A DNA stretch of 64,000 bases. Origin: an uncultured cyanobacterium. GTDB taxonomy: Bacteria > Cyanobacteriota > Cyanobacteriia > PCC-9006 > JAAUQQ01. The position numbers and the translations under genes are program-made. The stretch's first letter is position 1. Each line of letters opens with the position of its first letter. Positions 52,621 to 63,600 of the stretch are shown one piece after another. The notes under the pieces are model-generated. The model was not told the DNA's origin and did no database searches. It was given only the letters and a program-made list of their open reading frames with translations. The DNA lies in NCBI GenBank assembly GCA_963718615.1, contig OY970368.1:704001-768000 (forward strand). The letters are read 5' to 3'.

Positions 52621-54864
52621 ATGAGTTTTGGACCAACGTTTGATCTTGCTAGCCTTAACGGCTTCAATGGATTTTTTATTGATGGAATCAGCACAGGCGA
52701 CGGATTGGGTCGTTCAGTTAGCACAGCAGGGGACTTTAACGGAGATGGTATTGATGACCTGCTGATTGGAGCACCTGGAGCGCTGGGTGCTAGACCTAGC
52801 GGTAGTTTGGCGGCAGGTGAGAGTTATATTATTTTTGGTGCGAGAGGAATTGGTAACAGTGGAAGCTTTAACCTGAGTAACTTAAATGGCAGTAACGGTT
52901 TTGCGCTAAAGGGCATTGACTCTCAAGACGATTCTGGTTACTCGGTGAGTGGGATTGGTGATATTAATAATGATGGTTTCGATGACATTATTATTGGTGC
53001 CTATAATGCGGATGCACCTGAGGCTTTTTCGGGGGAAAGTTATGTCGTTTTTGGGCGTCAGAGTGTTGGCTTGGGCGCTAGCTTAAACCTCAGCAGCTTA
53101 AACGGAAGCAATGGTTTTATTGTCAGGGGCCTTAATAACAGCGATTTTTCTGGTGTTTCTGTGAGCGGGGCTGGAGATGTCAATGGCGATGGCTTTGACG
53201 ATTTCATTGTTGGAGCTCCCGGAGCTAATCCGAATGGCTTTGACTCGGGACAAAGCTATGTAATATTTGGTGGTAGAGGCATTGGCATCACAGGCAGTTT
53301 TGATCTCAGGAGTTTGAATGGTAGCAATGGTTTTGCCCTAAACGGCAGTCGCTTCAGTAATTTCTCAGATCGCGCTGGAGCCTCGGTCAGCAGCGCTGGA
53401 GATTTCAATGGAGATGGATTTGATGATTTAATCATCGGGGCTCCTGATGGTGAGGTCAACGGCGTCAAGACAGGCAAAAGCTACATTGTCTTTGGCCGTA
53501 GCAGCTTTACGAGTGGCACGATTGAGTTAGCGAGTTTGAATGGCAACAATGGTTTTGTGCTAAGAGGTGTCGATCGCCTCGATGACACCGGCTCAGAAGT
53601 CAGCAGCGCCGGAGATATCAATAATGATGGCTTTGATGATGTTTTGATCCATTCGGAAAATAATGGAGGAGAAACCTATGTTGTCTTTGGAGGAAGCAAC
53701 GTTGGTCTTAGCGGTAGTTTTAACTTAGCTGACCTCAACGGCAGTAACGGATTTGTCATTCGTGGGAATGGTGGAGGGGGGTATGGTCGAGATGTGAGCG
53801 AGGTTGGCGATGTAAACAATGATGGGATTGATGACATCATTATTGGCTCATCTTTTTTCGGCAGCTATGTGATTTTTGGGGGTAGTGGGATTGGCAGCAG
53901 TGGCAGTTTTAACCTCAGTGATCTCAATAGCCAGAATGGTTTTGCACTCAGCGTTGAGTCTCGTTATCCAGGCCGCGCCGTTAGCGGTCTGGGTGATATC
54001 AATGGTGATGGGATTGATGATCTGATCACTGCAAATCGTTCCACAGGAGCGAATGCAGGGCGAAGTTATGTTGTGTTTGGCCGCGATACGACGGCACGGG
54101 TTCCATTTGCTAAGTTCTTCAGTTTTGACCAGTGGGTCAAGTTTCAGCGGTTTGATGATGGTGTCAACATTCCATTGACGCCTGCGGAAGTGGGAGGGGT
54201 TTCGCTTCAGTCTTTGTTTGATGAGGCGTTTTATCTCGATCGCAACAGAGATGTGAAAGCGGTAGTGGAAAACGGTGCTCTAACCTCTGGTTATGAACAT
54301 TTCATCAGACATGGACGATTTGAAGGGCGTGACCCTAGCGTACTCTACAGCGAAGAAGCCTATTTGCGCCAATATGCAGATGTGGTGGCGGCGGTGAGAG
54401 CTGGAGCCTTTAGCAGCGGTTTTGAGCACTATATCAACTATGGTCATATCGAAAATCGAGTTGCCAGCACTGCGTTTAATCCAATTGATTATCTAACTCA
54501 AAATCCAGACGTCGCTGGAGCTGTTACCCAGGGCTTCCTGAGTAGTGGTTTTGAGCATTTTGTCGAAAGTGGTGCCAATGAGGGGCGCGTTTCGGGGGTG
54601 ATGTTGTTTGAGGAGGCGTTTTATTTGGCCCAAAATCCGGATGTGGCGCAGGTTGTAACTGGGGGGAGCTTCAGCTCTGGGCTTGAGCACTTTGCACGCT
54701 ATGGTCAACGGGAAGGACGAATTTCCAGCAGCACCTATCGTGAAGGTGGCTACCTGGGTGCAAATTCTGATGTGGCGGCAGCGGTGAGTGGCGGCGGTTT
54801 TTCAAGTGGCTTTGAACATTTTGTGGAATTTGGGCGAATTGAGGGGCGATCGCTAGGCCTATAG
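52621..54864 (+). CDS. FG-GAP/integrin-alpha beta-propeller surface protein with C-terminal FDEAFYL...EGR repeats
   Basis: Seven GD(F/I/V)N(G/N)DG(F/I)DD repeats; five YLxxxxDV...SGxEH repeats. Confidence 0.88.
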   Translation: MSFGPTFDLASLNGFNGFFIDGISTGDGLGRSVSTAGDFNGDGIDDLLIGAPGALGARPSGSLAAGESYIIFGARGIGNSGSFNLSNLNGSNGFALKGIDSQDDSGYSVSGIGDINNDGFDDIIIGAYNADAPEAFSGESYVVFGRQSVGLGASLNLSSLNGSNGFIVRGLNNSDFSGVSVSGAGDVNGDGFDDFIVGAPGANPNGFDSGQSYVIFGGRGIGITGSFDLRSLNGSNGFALNGSRFSNFSDRAGASVSSAGDFNGDGFDDLIIGAPDGEVNGVKTGKSYIVFGRSSFTSGTIELASLNGNNGFVLRGVDRLDDTGSEVSSAGDINNDGFDDVLIHSENNGGETYVVFGGSNVGLSGSFNLADLNGSNGFVIRGNGGGGYGRDVSEVGDVNNDGIDDIIIGSSFFGSYVIFGGSGIGSSGSFNLSDLNSQNGFALSVESRYPGRAVSGLGDINGDGIDDLITANRSTGANAGRSYVVFGRDTTARVPFAKFFSFDQWVKFQRFDDGVNIPLTPAEVGGVSLQSLFDEAFYLDRNRDVKAVVENGALTSGYEHFIRHGRFEGRDPSVLYSEEAYLRQYADVVAAVRAGAFSSGFEHYINYGHIENRVASTAFNPIDYLTQNPDVAGAVTQGFLSSGFEHFVESGANEGRVSGVMLFEEAFYLAQNPDVAQVVTGGSFSSGLEHFARYGQREGRISSSTYREGGYLGANSDVAAAVSGGGFSSGFEHFVEFGRIEGRSLGL

Positions 54865-54995
54865 TGCCCTCAATCATCTAGCACCCCATTGGAATGCGCA
54901 GGGAATGCGCAAGAATACTCAGAGCGTGCGGGCTTGGCCGAAAGCCTGCATGCTTATGTCTCGTGTTCAGGCCATCCCAAAAATATTTTTGCACC

Positions 54996-55039
54996 AACGT
55001 GTAAAAGCTCAGTGCTCCCACGGATTAATAGAGTGAAGG
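54996..55039 (+). promoter_or_regulatory. Shared promoter motif, copy 3 (CsgG-like gene)
   Basis: AACGTGTAAA-AGCTCAGTGCTCCCAC-GGATTAA-TAGA-GTGAAGG. Confidence 0.7.
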
Positions 55040-55096
55040 CCCGCACAGGGAATACAGCAGCCTTTACTGATACATTTCTACGAGGTTTACGATTCT

Positions 55097-55861
55097 ATGA
55101 CCCCGACAGCATTGAAAGTGTTAAGTCATCACGCGACAGCCGCGTTATTCGCTGTGAGTGTAAGCTTGGTCGGAGCAACCCAAACCCTAGCACAGACTAA
55201 ACCCACCATTTCTGTGCCCGAATTTAAGAATGAAAGCACTTGGTGGTGGTGGCGGGGAGGCACATCCAGAGAACTAGCGGATGCCTTGAGCAATGAGTTG
55301 AGTTCAACTGGCAGCTTTACGGTTGTTGAACGTCAAAAGCTAGATACGGTTCGAGATGAGCAAGTCCTGAATAATGAGGGTCTTGTACGGCAAGGAACTG
55401 GGGCTAAAACGGGGCAGCTAACGGGCGCACAATATATTGTTATGGGTAAGGTGACGTCCTATGAGGAAGGTGTCAACGGGGAAGAAAGCAAGAACAGAAC
55501 CTGTGTTCTCGGCATTTGTCGTGGTGGTGCCAAGCAAAAGCAGCAAGCTTATGTGGCGATCGATCTGCGTGTCGTCAACTCAACAACCGGAGAAGTAGCC
55601 TATGCGCGAACAGTTGAAGGACTCGCGACTTCAGAATCTGAGTCCAAATCAGGCGGAATTACTATTGGCCCTATCACTACGGGCGGAAGCTCTAGCAAAA
55701 CCACGAAAGCCCCGGTTGGAAAAGCGCTTCGTTCTGCGCTGGTCGAAGCCACTAATTACCTTGACTGTGTGATGGTGAAAAAAGGAAGCTGTATTGCAGA
55801 ATTTGAGAGAAAAGAAGCAGTTCGCCGTGAGAATACTGGTGGTGTTCTAGATCTGCAATGA
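55097..55861 (+). CDS. CsgG/HfaB family protein
   Basis: Signal peptide; ISVPEFKN, FTVVERQKL, GQLTGAQYIVMG, AIDLRVVNSTTGEV. Confidence 0.88.
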   Translation: MTPTALKVLSHHATAALFAVSVSLVGATQTLAQTKPTISVPEFKNESTWWWWRGGTSRELADALSNELSSTGSFTVVERQKLDTVRDEQVLNNEGLVRQGTGAKTGQLTGAQYIVMGKVTSYEEGVNGEESKNRTCVLGICRGGAKQKQQAYVAIDLRVVNSTTGEVAYARTVEGLATSESESKSGGITIGPITTGGSSSKTTKAPVGKALRSALVEATNYLDCVMVKKGSCIAEFERKEAVRRENTGGVLDLQ

Positions 55862-55991
55862 CTCTTAGCCTTTGCTTTCTTAGCTTAGTCCTTTAGCTTT
55901 TCACATGTCATGAGAATTGTCAATTGTATGGCAATGTTTTCCATCAGGAGTTTTTATGCTCTTAAAAGCTTTTAGATGAGCAGTATACATC

Positions 55992-56016
55992 TAGGGCGAA
56001 CGCGATTCGCCCCTAC
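55992..56016 (-). repeat. GTAG-type REP-like palindrome
   Basis: Minus strand GTAGGGGCGAATCGCGTTCGCCCTA. Confidence 0.55.
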
Positions 56017-56329
56017 GAAGATTATCAGTTTTGAAGGATGTTTGAGAGTACGCCAAAGCCAAAGATTCGACACTAAAACAGGGCAATCTTTTGCTTAACG
56101 TTGAGCAAGCGTAAGAGATTTTTAGCTCATTCAGCTACAGTCTAAGCCATTCTCGAACATCCTATTAGGAATAAACCGCATTATTAATTTAGTGGTTTCC
56201 TAAGAAATACGAAGTAATGTAGTTGTTGTCATAGCAGCAAAATCCTCTGCCTTTTTTATTACTAGACTCATCTCTCATTTAGCATGAGCTGATGCTATCA
56301 CGTGCGTTTTTTATCCTGGAGTTTTCATC

Positions 56330-56935
56330 GTGAAGCTTTTTTCTTGCAGCATGAAGAGTTCGCTAACAAGCTTGACAATTGCCTTCTTTGGTATTGGATA
56401 CTTTTCAAGTATAGCCATTGCTCAACAGCCTCAAATCGCTCGAACCGAATCTAACTTAATTCCACTGGAACAGGCCGATTATATTCTTGAACTTCCAAAG
56501 GGAACCTATCGTATTGATGTGGTTTCGTCCAGAGTTTCTAGCCCATTCATCGCTATTTTTGAGGAAGACACTGACAGACAAGTTAAGTCGTCTACCGCAG
56601 ACGCTCACACATTTATATCTGTCAATTTATCTGGGGGTAAATACCGGGTCAGAGTAGGTTTTATAGAGTGTCTTTCGGCAAACCATCGATGCTCTGCTGA
56701 CATCTATTTCAGAAATTCTTCTGGATCTTATTTTGTTCCAAAACTAGACATAGAGCCTCGGAGTTTGAAGCTTGCCCGACAAGTATATCAAGAAAGAAAG
56801 TCTGAACTGAGTGAAGCGCGTCAAGGATGTCACAGTCATTCAAGTATTTTCAATAATACATGTGGCCGAGTACAGCAGTTAGAAGATGCTATACGAAATA
56901 GTGGAATGTCTCCATCTTTGTTTAGAGGATTTTAG
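56330..56935 (+). CDS. Secreted hypothetical protein (possible PPC-like beta domain)
   Basis: Signal peptide ending AIA; GTYRIDV and GKYRVRV strands; Cys pairs. Confidence 0.6.
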   Translation: MKLFSCSMKSSLTSLTIAFFGIGYFSSIAIAQQPQIARTESNLIPLEQADYILELPKGTYRIDVVSSRVSSPFIAIFEEDTDRQVKSSTADAHTFISVNLSGGKYRVRVGFIECLSANHRCSADIYFRNSSGSYFVPKLDIEPRSLKLARQVYQERKSELSEARQGCHSHSSIFNNTCGRVQQLEDAIRNSGMSPSLFRGF

Positions 56936-57055
56936 TAGCTAATGTGGAAAACAAAAAATCAGTAGATTTTCACTCTAATACAAGAATCGAATTTCAGAAA
57001 TCATAAAGTTCTCACTTCTACACCTCACTCACTACAATCGCATCAAGCTAGAAAG

Positions 57056-57583
57056 ATGATGAAAATGCACAAGTTTGGTCTCTATGCTTCTACAGCAATT
57101 TTATTGAGTGGTGTGATTGCTAGCTCGGCGATCGCTCAAACAAAATTAGCACTGACCCTCAAACCCTACGACGAAAAACACAAATATGTTGACTTCTCTT
57201 CAGACTCCGGCACCTGTGAAGGTACAGTCATGCAAGCTGGCATGGCTTGCGTTCTTAATATTAAAAAAAACGACTCGAAATTTAGTCGCGTGGCAGTGCT
57301 AAGTCTAGTGAATGTTGTTCAGACACTAAGATCTCGAACCGATATTAATGTTCGTGAATTTAAACCAAATAAAGCAAACATTGCTTTTTTGATAACGGTT
57401 AACATGTACGTTGACTATACAAAAAGTACAGTGCCGCTGGCACAGGCGGGCTTGACGAATCAAGGAGAATTAATCGTGATCCCAGAATATGGTGAATACG
57501 GGCTTGAAGAATCTAAAAATGTTCTAGAACGAGAGTCGAAGGCGATCGCCATTCTAATCAAAGCCCTAAAAGAAACAAAATAA
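57056..57583 (+). CDS. Secreted hypothetical protein
   Basis: Signal peptide ending AIA; 175 aa ORF. Confidence 0.6.
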   Translation: MMKMHKFGLYASTAILLSGVIASSAIAQTKLALTLKPYDEKHKYVDFSSDSGTCEGTVMQAGMACVLNIKKNDSKFSRVAVLSLVNVVQTLRSRTDINVREFKPNKANIAFLITVNMYVDYTKSTVPLAQAGLTNQGELIVIPEYGEYGLEESKNVLERESKAIAILIKALKETK

Positions 57584-57646
57584 TCAGACATTGCTACTTC
57601 AAGGAACGCTCACCATTGGAACGAACCGTATTCGTCCGGCTTTCGC

Positions 57647-60600
57647 TCAGAGCCAATTACCGACTAAAACAAATGCGGCCCAAAAATAGGGCTCCGATGT
57701 ATCCAGTTCATCCGAGTCCTTCACATAAAGCTGAGCCCGACGCAACGCCTCAGCACGGCTCACAGAGCTATCTGCAAGTTCTTGGTAAAACCGCTGCATC
57801 AGAAATGCTGTAGACCGGTCATCAACAAACCAAAGGCTGCCCAGCGTACTCCTTGCGCCCGATCGCACTGCAATCCCCGCCAAACCCAGTCCTGCCAGTT
57901 CATCCCCCTTGGCGGTTTCGCAGGCACTCAGTACCAAAAGTTCGATAGGCTGGTCAGAGCCCAGCCCCTTGCCCTGGAGAAGAGCACTCAGCTCATTCGC
58001 ATTTAGCCGATCATCCGCCGTGACAACATAGGTGTCTTCTAACGTCGAGCCAAAAACACCATGGGTTGCCAAATGAACCACCGGGAATGAGAGTTCATTG
58101 ACCTTAGTTTCGAGATTTGTCTGCGTAAAGTCTCCGTCTAATAAGACCTGGCTACCTGGGGCTTGAGCCTGAATTGATTCAACTTCAGGTTTGGCGAAGC
58201 CTAGTGCTTTAAAAGGTCCATTATCTACCGTTAGCCCACCTAGAATTACCTTAACATTACGACGGGATAGCGATCGCGAATCCAAAAGCTGTAGACTTGG
58301 GGAGGTAGCGATCGCATACTTCTCAATCAAGTACTTCTCTTCCCGTTGGTCATACAAAACCGCCATGGGAATATTCTGAAGCGAACCACTCGACAGAAAC
58401 AAGAGTGTTTCTACACCGCTTGCTTCTAGATCCGCTTCAAAGGGTCGAATGAGAATATCGTAGAGTTGTCCGCCAATGAGTACTGTCTCGTCTCTCGCTT
58501 CTTGGGGTTGCTTCAGGCCAACTTGCAAAATTTCTTCTCCATCGCTTCTAGAGCAGTTGGTACTAGACAATTCGTTAGTATCATCAAACTCAGCTTGCTG
58601 ACAGGCCGTGCCCCGAGAAGAGACAAGACTTCTCAGTGAGAACAAATCTTGATCAAACTCGACTAAATTAACCGAACTACTTTGATGCTTCCAGATAGTA
58701 TTGTTTGATAAATCATTGACTTTATTAGAGACATTACTTTTTGTTCTAGAAACTTTTGTATTCGGCAAGCCAACGACAACTTCGACTCGATCTTTGATGA
58801 TAATTGGGTAAATAATCGCGGCTTTTGGATCAATGTCTTCAATCTTAATCTCACTAGCCAGTAGACAGTCAGATCGAAAGAAATTGGTCAATTCTGCGAC
58901 CTGAAGCGAATCTGCAATCTGAATAGCCCGATCCAAATAGGAATTAAAGTTTTCTTGAACTAAATTTATCGTCTGGCCTGTCAACTGTTTTTGAGTCTGT
59001 TTCTTTTTCGAATGCTCTAAAATAGAATATTGACTTGGTTCTAATGATACTTTTTGATGGTTTGCTTCAATCAACAGCTCAATTAAACCTTGATAGATAG
59101 GTTTAATCTGATTTTGAAAAGAGAGCTGGTTCTGACGATTGATTGTAATTAGATCACCCTTCAAAAGATTGATTTGAGTCACCGAGGACTCGTAGGCGGC
59201 GATCGCCTCCATCAAAAGCTGATCCCGTTTCTCAAGCTGATCGATTGGTAAAAGCGATCGTTTGAACCTGAGCAACCTCCCCTGCTGCCAAAGCCAGGGG
59301 TAAGTCATAAACCCAAGATTGAGGCCCTCCGCTCGTTCTAATGCCTGCTTGGTGAAAGCCTCTGCCTGGGCTAATTGCTGCTGTTTTTCGATAGGTGCGA
59401 GCGCCTCCAGAAATCGATATTCATACAGTCTTCCCCAGTACCCTAGAGCATAGGCTTCAAACTGACCGTCCTGGAGTGATTTCGATTCTGCAAGTAGCTG
59501 CTGAATTAGCCTTTCTACTGTTTTTTCTGAAATGATATCGTATTGATTTTTTCCATCTCTGGGCTTCATTAGATTTAATGCATCAGCGATCAAGGTGACT
59601 TGTAATCGAAACTTGGCGCGGTTGGCTGGAATAGTTTCTAGTAATGCGATCGCTTGAGTGATTTCTGAGGCGATCGCTTGACCCGAACGGAGTTGGCTCG
59701 CAGTATCAGGTTTAAGCTGTTGCTGAGTTCGCTGTTGAATCATCTGCTGAATCAGATTGATTTGGGCTTGTAGTTCAATCTCAGGGGGAATAGACAGAGC
59801 CATCGCCTGCCGCAGAGAGGCTTGCGCATCTTCTGAGTTTGCTGCCATGCTGCTGATGCTGATCAGGGAGAGTGCAGCTTCGATGGGGAAATTTTCCTGT
59901 TGCGCGATCGTCAAACTTTGTTCTAAGCAATCCTGGGCACTCTGACATAATCCCGTTTCATTCCGGCCAGAGAACTGATACAGTAAGTTACCTAACTGCC
60001 TCAGGACTAAAGCTTTGTTCTGAGGATCAATCAATGTATTAGTCTGAGAAACTAGCATCTGACCAGCTGAATTGAGACTTTCCATCGCCTGTGGATACAA
60101 ACCACTCAGACGCAAAAGTTCAGCTTGATTAAGCCGATTGCGCAGGAAAGCACTAGCATTTTTGGGCAGTTTTAGATTGAGCCGCTGATAGGACTTTTCA
60201 GCGGTACGGAGTTTCTGTAAGGCAGTTTGGTATTGCCCCTGCGCGCGATAGAGCTGCCCTTCGGTACTGAAGCTCTGGGCCAAGACTCGTTGTTGTGCCG
60301 TGCTAGGAGATAATTTTTCAAGCTGGGTTTGGGCTTGAGTGAGAATTTGTTCAGCGGCTCCATAATCCCCAAGCTGGAGATGGGCAAGGGCGATGTTGTT
60401 GAGGGCGATCGCCTGGGCCAGCCTATCACCCTTTTGCTCAGCCCACTGCTCAGCTTTTTCCCAGTGTATCTTGGCTTCAAAAAATCGACCCGATTGGTAG
60501 GCTGCACGTCCAGCCTCCAAAAAATTCTGATTAGAAGTTTCTACAACTGATGGAGAAGACTGATTAAGTTCCAGGAAAAATCCCACAGGTGTCTGTTGGG

Positions 60601-60679
60601 CTAAGCTCGGAGCGCTGATGCATAGCCACAGGGTTAGACTCATCCAAGCGATGAATCTCCAGATGCGAGAATCGGTCAT
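57647..60679 (-). CDS. Exported TPR-CHAT (caspase-like) protease
   Basis: Signal peptide MTDSRIWRFIAWMSLTLWLCISAPSLA; TPRs; VVHLATHG (His), LLVLSACETA (Cys), LGSLWFVDD, PYFWAAFVLVGNWL; ATG overlaps the upstream stop (ATGA). Confidence 0.92.
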   Translation of the reverse strand: MTDSRIWRFIAWMSLTLWLCISAPSLAQQTPVGFFLELNQSSPSVVETSNQNFLEAGRAAYQSGRFFEAKIHWEKAEQWAEQKGDRLAQAIALNNIALAHLQLGDYGAAEQILTQAQTQLEKLSPSTAQQRVLAQSFSTEGQLYRAQGQYQTALQKLRTAEKSYQRLNLKLPKNASAFLRNRLNQAELLRLSGLYPQAMESLNSAGQMLVSQTNTLIDPQNKALVLRQLGNLLYQFSGRNETGLCQSAQDCLEQSLTIAQQENFPIEAALSLISISSMAANSEDAQASLRQAMALSIPPEIELQAQINLIQQMIQQRTQQQLKPDTASQLRSGQAIASEITQAIALLETIPANRAKFRLQVTLIADALNLMKPRDGKNQYDIISEKTVERLIQQLLAESKSLQDGQFEAYALGYWGRLYEYRFLEALAPIEKQQQLAQAEAFTKQALERAEGLNLGFMTYPWLWQQGRLLRFKRSLLPIDQLEKRDQLLMEAIAAYESSVTQINLLKGDLITINRQNQLSFQNQIKPIYQGLIELLIEANHQKVSLEPSQYSILEHSKKKQTQKQLTGQTINLVQENFNSYLDRAIQIADSLQVAELTNFFRSDCLLASEIKIEDIDPKAAIIYPIIIKDRVEVVVGLPNTKVSRTKSNVSNKVNDLSNNTIWKHQSSSVNLVEFDQDLFSLRSLVSSRGTACQQAEFDDTNELSSTNCSRSDGEEILQVGLKQPQEARDETVLIGGQLYDILIRPFEADLEASGVETLLFLSSGSLQNIPMAVLYDQREEKYLIEKYAIATSPSLQLLDSRSLSRRNVKVILGGLTVDNGPFKALGFAKPEVESIQAQAPGSQVLLDGDFTQTNLETKVNELSFPVVHLATHGVFGSTLEDTYVVTADDRLNANELSALLQGKGLGSDQPIELLVLSACETAKGDELAGLGLAGIAVRSGARSTLGSLWFVDDRSTAFLMQRFYQELADSSVSRAEALRRAQLYVKDSDELDTSEPYFWAAFVLVGNWL

Positions 60680-63600
60680 GATTTTGTCTCCTGGATTTGG
60701 GTGCGATCGCCTGAACAAACCTGTGGGGAATGGTTTGGATAAACTGGTCGGGCTGCTAAAAGCTGAATATTTCCACGGGCATCTCGACTCCAGTCTTGGG
60801 CTTCTAAAATGGGGATTGGCAGAAGAGAGACAGACTCTTGAATCGTGGGAGTGGGCTGTGCTAGCGCTACAGATTCGATCTGTAAATCTGGTCCTAAATC
60901 GGCTTGAAACGGAGCGTCTTGGGCGGAACGTTCGGGGCTACTGGGAATTCCCCAGCGTCCGCGTTGCACAAAGCGACTGCTACGGGTAGGATTTGCCACT
61001 AGCTCACAGCGCCGATCGATCAGTGCTGTTGGGTCAACTAGGCTGCTAGGCAATTCGCTTAATCCTTGGGAGGGATCCGCATCAATAATATCGAGCGCGA
61101 TGTTGCCCTGGGCTCCAAATTCTGAGCTGGCTGTGATATCGCTTAGAAGCGTCAGTTGCGGACGAAACTTTAGGCCAATAATTGACTGCCCGGTGATGTT
61201 GATATTACCTCCGTTTCCTCGCACAGCATTGGCAGTGATGTCGCTGTTCTCACGCGGTATGCCCAGCAGGAAGGGAACAGTCAGGTCGATGTTGCCGCCG
61301 TTGCCACTGCCCCCAGCATTCGTGGCAATTTTGCTTCCGTGCCTCAACAGCAAGGTTTCGTCAACGCTGAAACGAAGGTTGCCGCCTTCGCCGGAGGCCG
61401 TGGAGGCGCTGAGGCGGCTTTGGTCGTAGAGGGCGATCGCCCGTGCATCAATTTCTAAATTGCCACCATCACCGACTCCAGAACTGCTGACGCTGGCTTC
61501 GGCTTGCCGCAGATTGAGCTGCCCTGTTTCGATCTCCAAATTTCCGGCCTTACCTGCGCTAGAGGATCGCGCCACAACCTGAGCCTGATTTTGCAAGGTA
61601 ATGCTTTGGGGCGCAATTAGACGCAAGTTGCCACCGTTGCCCTCTCCTGTCGTGGAGGTGGAAAGTTGCGCATTGTTTTGCAGTGTAAATCTTTGGGTCT
61701 CAACCATAAGGTTACCCGCAAGGCCACTACCGCTGGTTTCAGCAGAAAGGCTGCCTTCGCCACTAATACTGACGGAGTTGGGTGCCGTGATTAACAAGCT
61801 GCCGCCCTTGCCGCTGCTAGAAGTTGAGGCCGAAACACGGGATTGCTCTCGGAGGTTGATGGTGAGGTCATCGCTGGTATTAGACCGCAGCGTGAGCCGC
61901 CCCGCCTGAGCTTCTCCTTGGGTTTCGGAGAGCACTTGGACGGTGCCAAATAGGTTCATTTCGTTGGCGTTGAGGGTGATGTTGGCGCTGGGTTCGAGGG
62001 TATTGGCCGGTGGTGTAGCGGTGGCGGTGGCAGTGGTGGTGAGGCGGGTACCTTGGTCGAGGGTGAAGCGATCGGTGGTGACGGTGACGTTGCCTGCGGA
62101 GCCGGTAGCGCTGGTTTGAGCGTTGAGCACACCGTTACCTGTGATATTGATGGCTGTCGGAGCTGCGAGAATGATATTGCCCCCGTTGCCGGTACTTCGG
62201 GTCTCAGCTGTAATTTGGCTAACGAATTGGCTAGTATCCGGAATACTTGAGAGATTATTCTGAAAATTTATATTGAGAATATCGCTATTGAAGGCAGAAA
62301 GGGTGATGTTACCTGCTTTGCCGCTGCCTGTGGCAGAAGTAGCGATTTGACCGCCATCAAGCAGTGAGATTTGTGGGGTTTCAATAAAGATATTTCCTGC
62401 GTTGCCAGAACTTTGAGATTGAGCAGAAAAACCTGTACTAACTGGCAAACTGTCAGTTAGTTGAACATTCAAGATATATTCGCCAGGGTCATAAGAAACA
62501 ATTCGTAGTGCATAACGTCCTGGTTTCTCAAAAATAAATTCTCCTAGACTGAAGTCAAAGCGGGAACCATTCGAATCATCTTGATCGTTCAGAATCTGAC
62601 CATTTTCGTCAATTAGGTCAACAAATAAAAATCGAGAAGTTGAGTCAAGAGGCGTTTTCCATCTAAGTCGCACGCCAGCTGAGGCCACATTAAAAGCATA
62701 AACATCTTTGTCTCCAAATTCTAGATATTCTGTTCCGGAAATATCACTCTCATCAAGATAGCCTTCAATAGACACGTAAGGTACTTGGTTGGAAAGCTCA
62801 ATTTCAGGATTATCAGCATCGTTTATATCTACACCAAAGGCAGAATCTAAGTCTTGAGCATTCTTAAAATCATCGTTAAATCCTGAACGTTCTTGAATTT
62901 TGGCATTTGCAGATAACTGCTTTGAAGGAAATATCAAAGCAGTTCTACCATCCACCACTAAACCTTCTAATGATTGAACAATGATATTTCCTCCACTCCC
63001 CCGAGAACCAGGGAGAGATGCCGTAGAAACCACACTATTTCCAAATAGATCTAATGTTCCTTCAGAGAGCAAAATAACGTCGCCAGCATCTCCCAATCCA
63101 CCAGTAATAGTGACAATACTGCTATCCAGAATCGTGATATCTTTCTTAGAGAGCAACACTACATTACCGGCAATTTCATCTCCAAAGTTAGTTGTGTCAA
63201 CTAAGGTAAATCCTTTTAGAAGAATTGACTCTCCTTCAAGTTCAATGTTCCCCCCTTTACCATTTGCACCTGGTTCAATAGCTGTCGTTAACCGGGAGTT
63301 GTCAAGACTTACGGTCTTCTCAGAACTCAGATAAATCCCTCCCGAAGAGCCTTCTCCAGCTATGCTTGTAGATGCCGTAAAGTTTTTCAATTCGATAGAT
63401 GGAGACAAGATTTGTATCTCTCCTGAATCTCCATTCATATTGATAACACTAGAACTGAAATCAATATTGCGTAAGGCTAATACTCCATTGTATTGAGAGA
63501 CACTGATCTTGCCAGACTGCGCAGTTTCTCTTATGGTTCCTGAGATGCCTGTCTCTCCAGTAAAATCTTCAAGCGTATAAAAACTCCCAAATCTCTTTTC

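Noticed and set aside
55992-56016. REP-like palindrome as part of the signalling system
   Set aside because: It is a single copy of a common GTAG-type repeat with no associated transposase in the window.
1607-63334. Numerous short antisense or alternate-frame ORFs inside long genes
   Set aside because: They are fully nested in well-supported CDSs and have no recognisable motifs.
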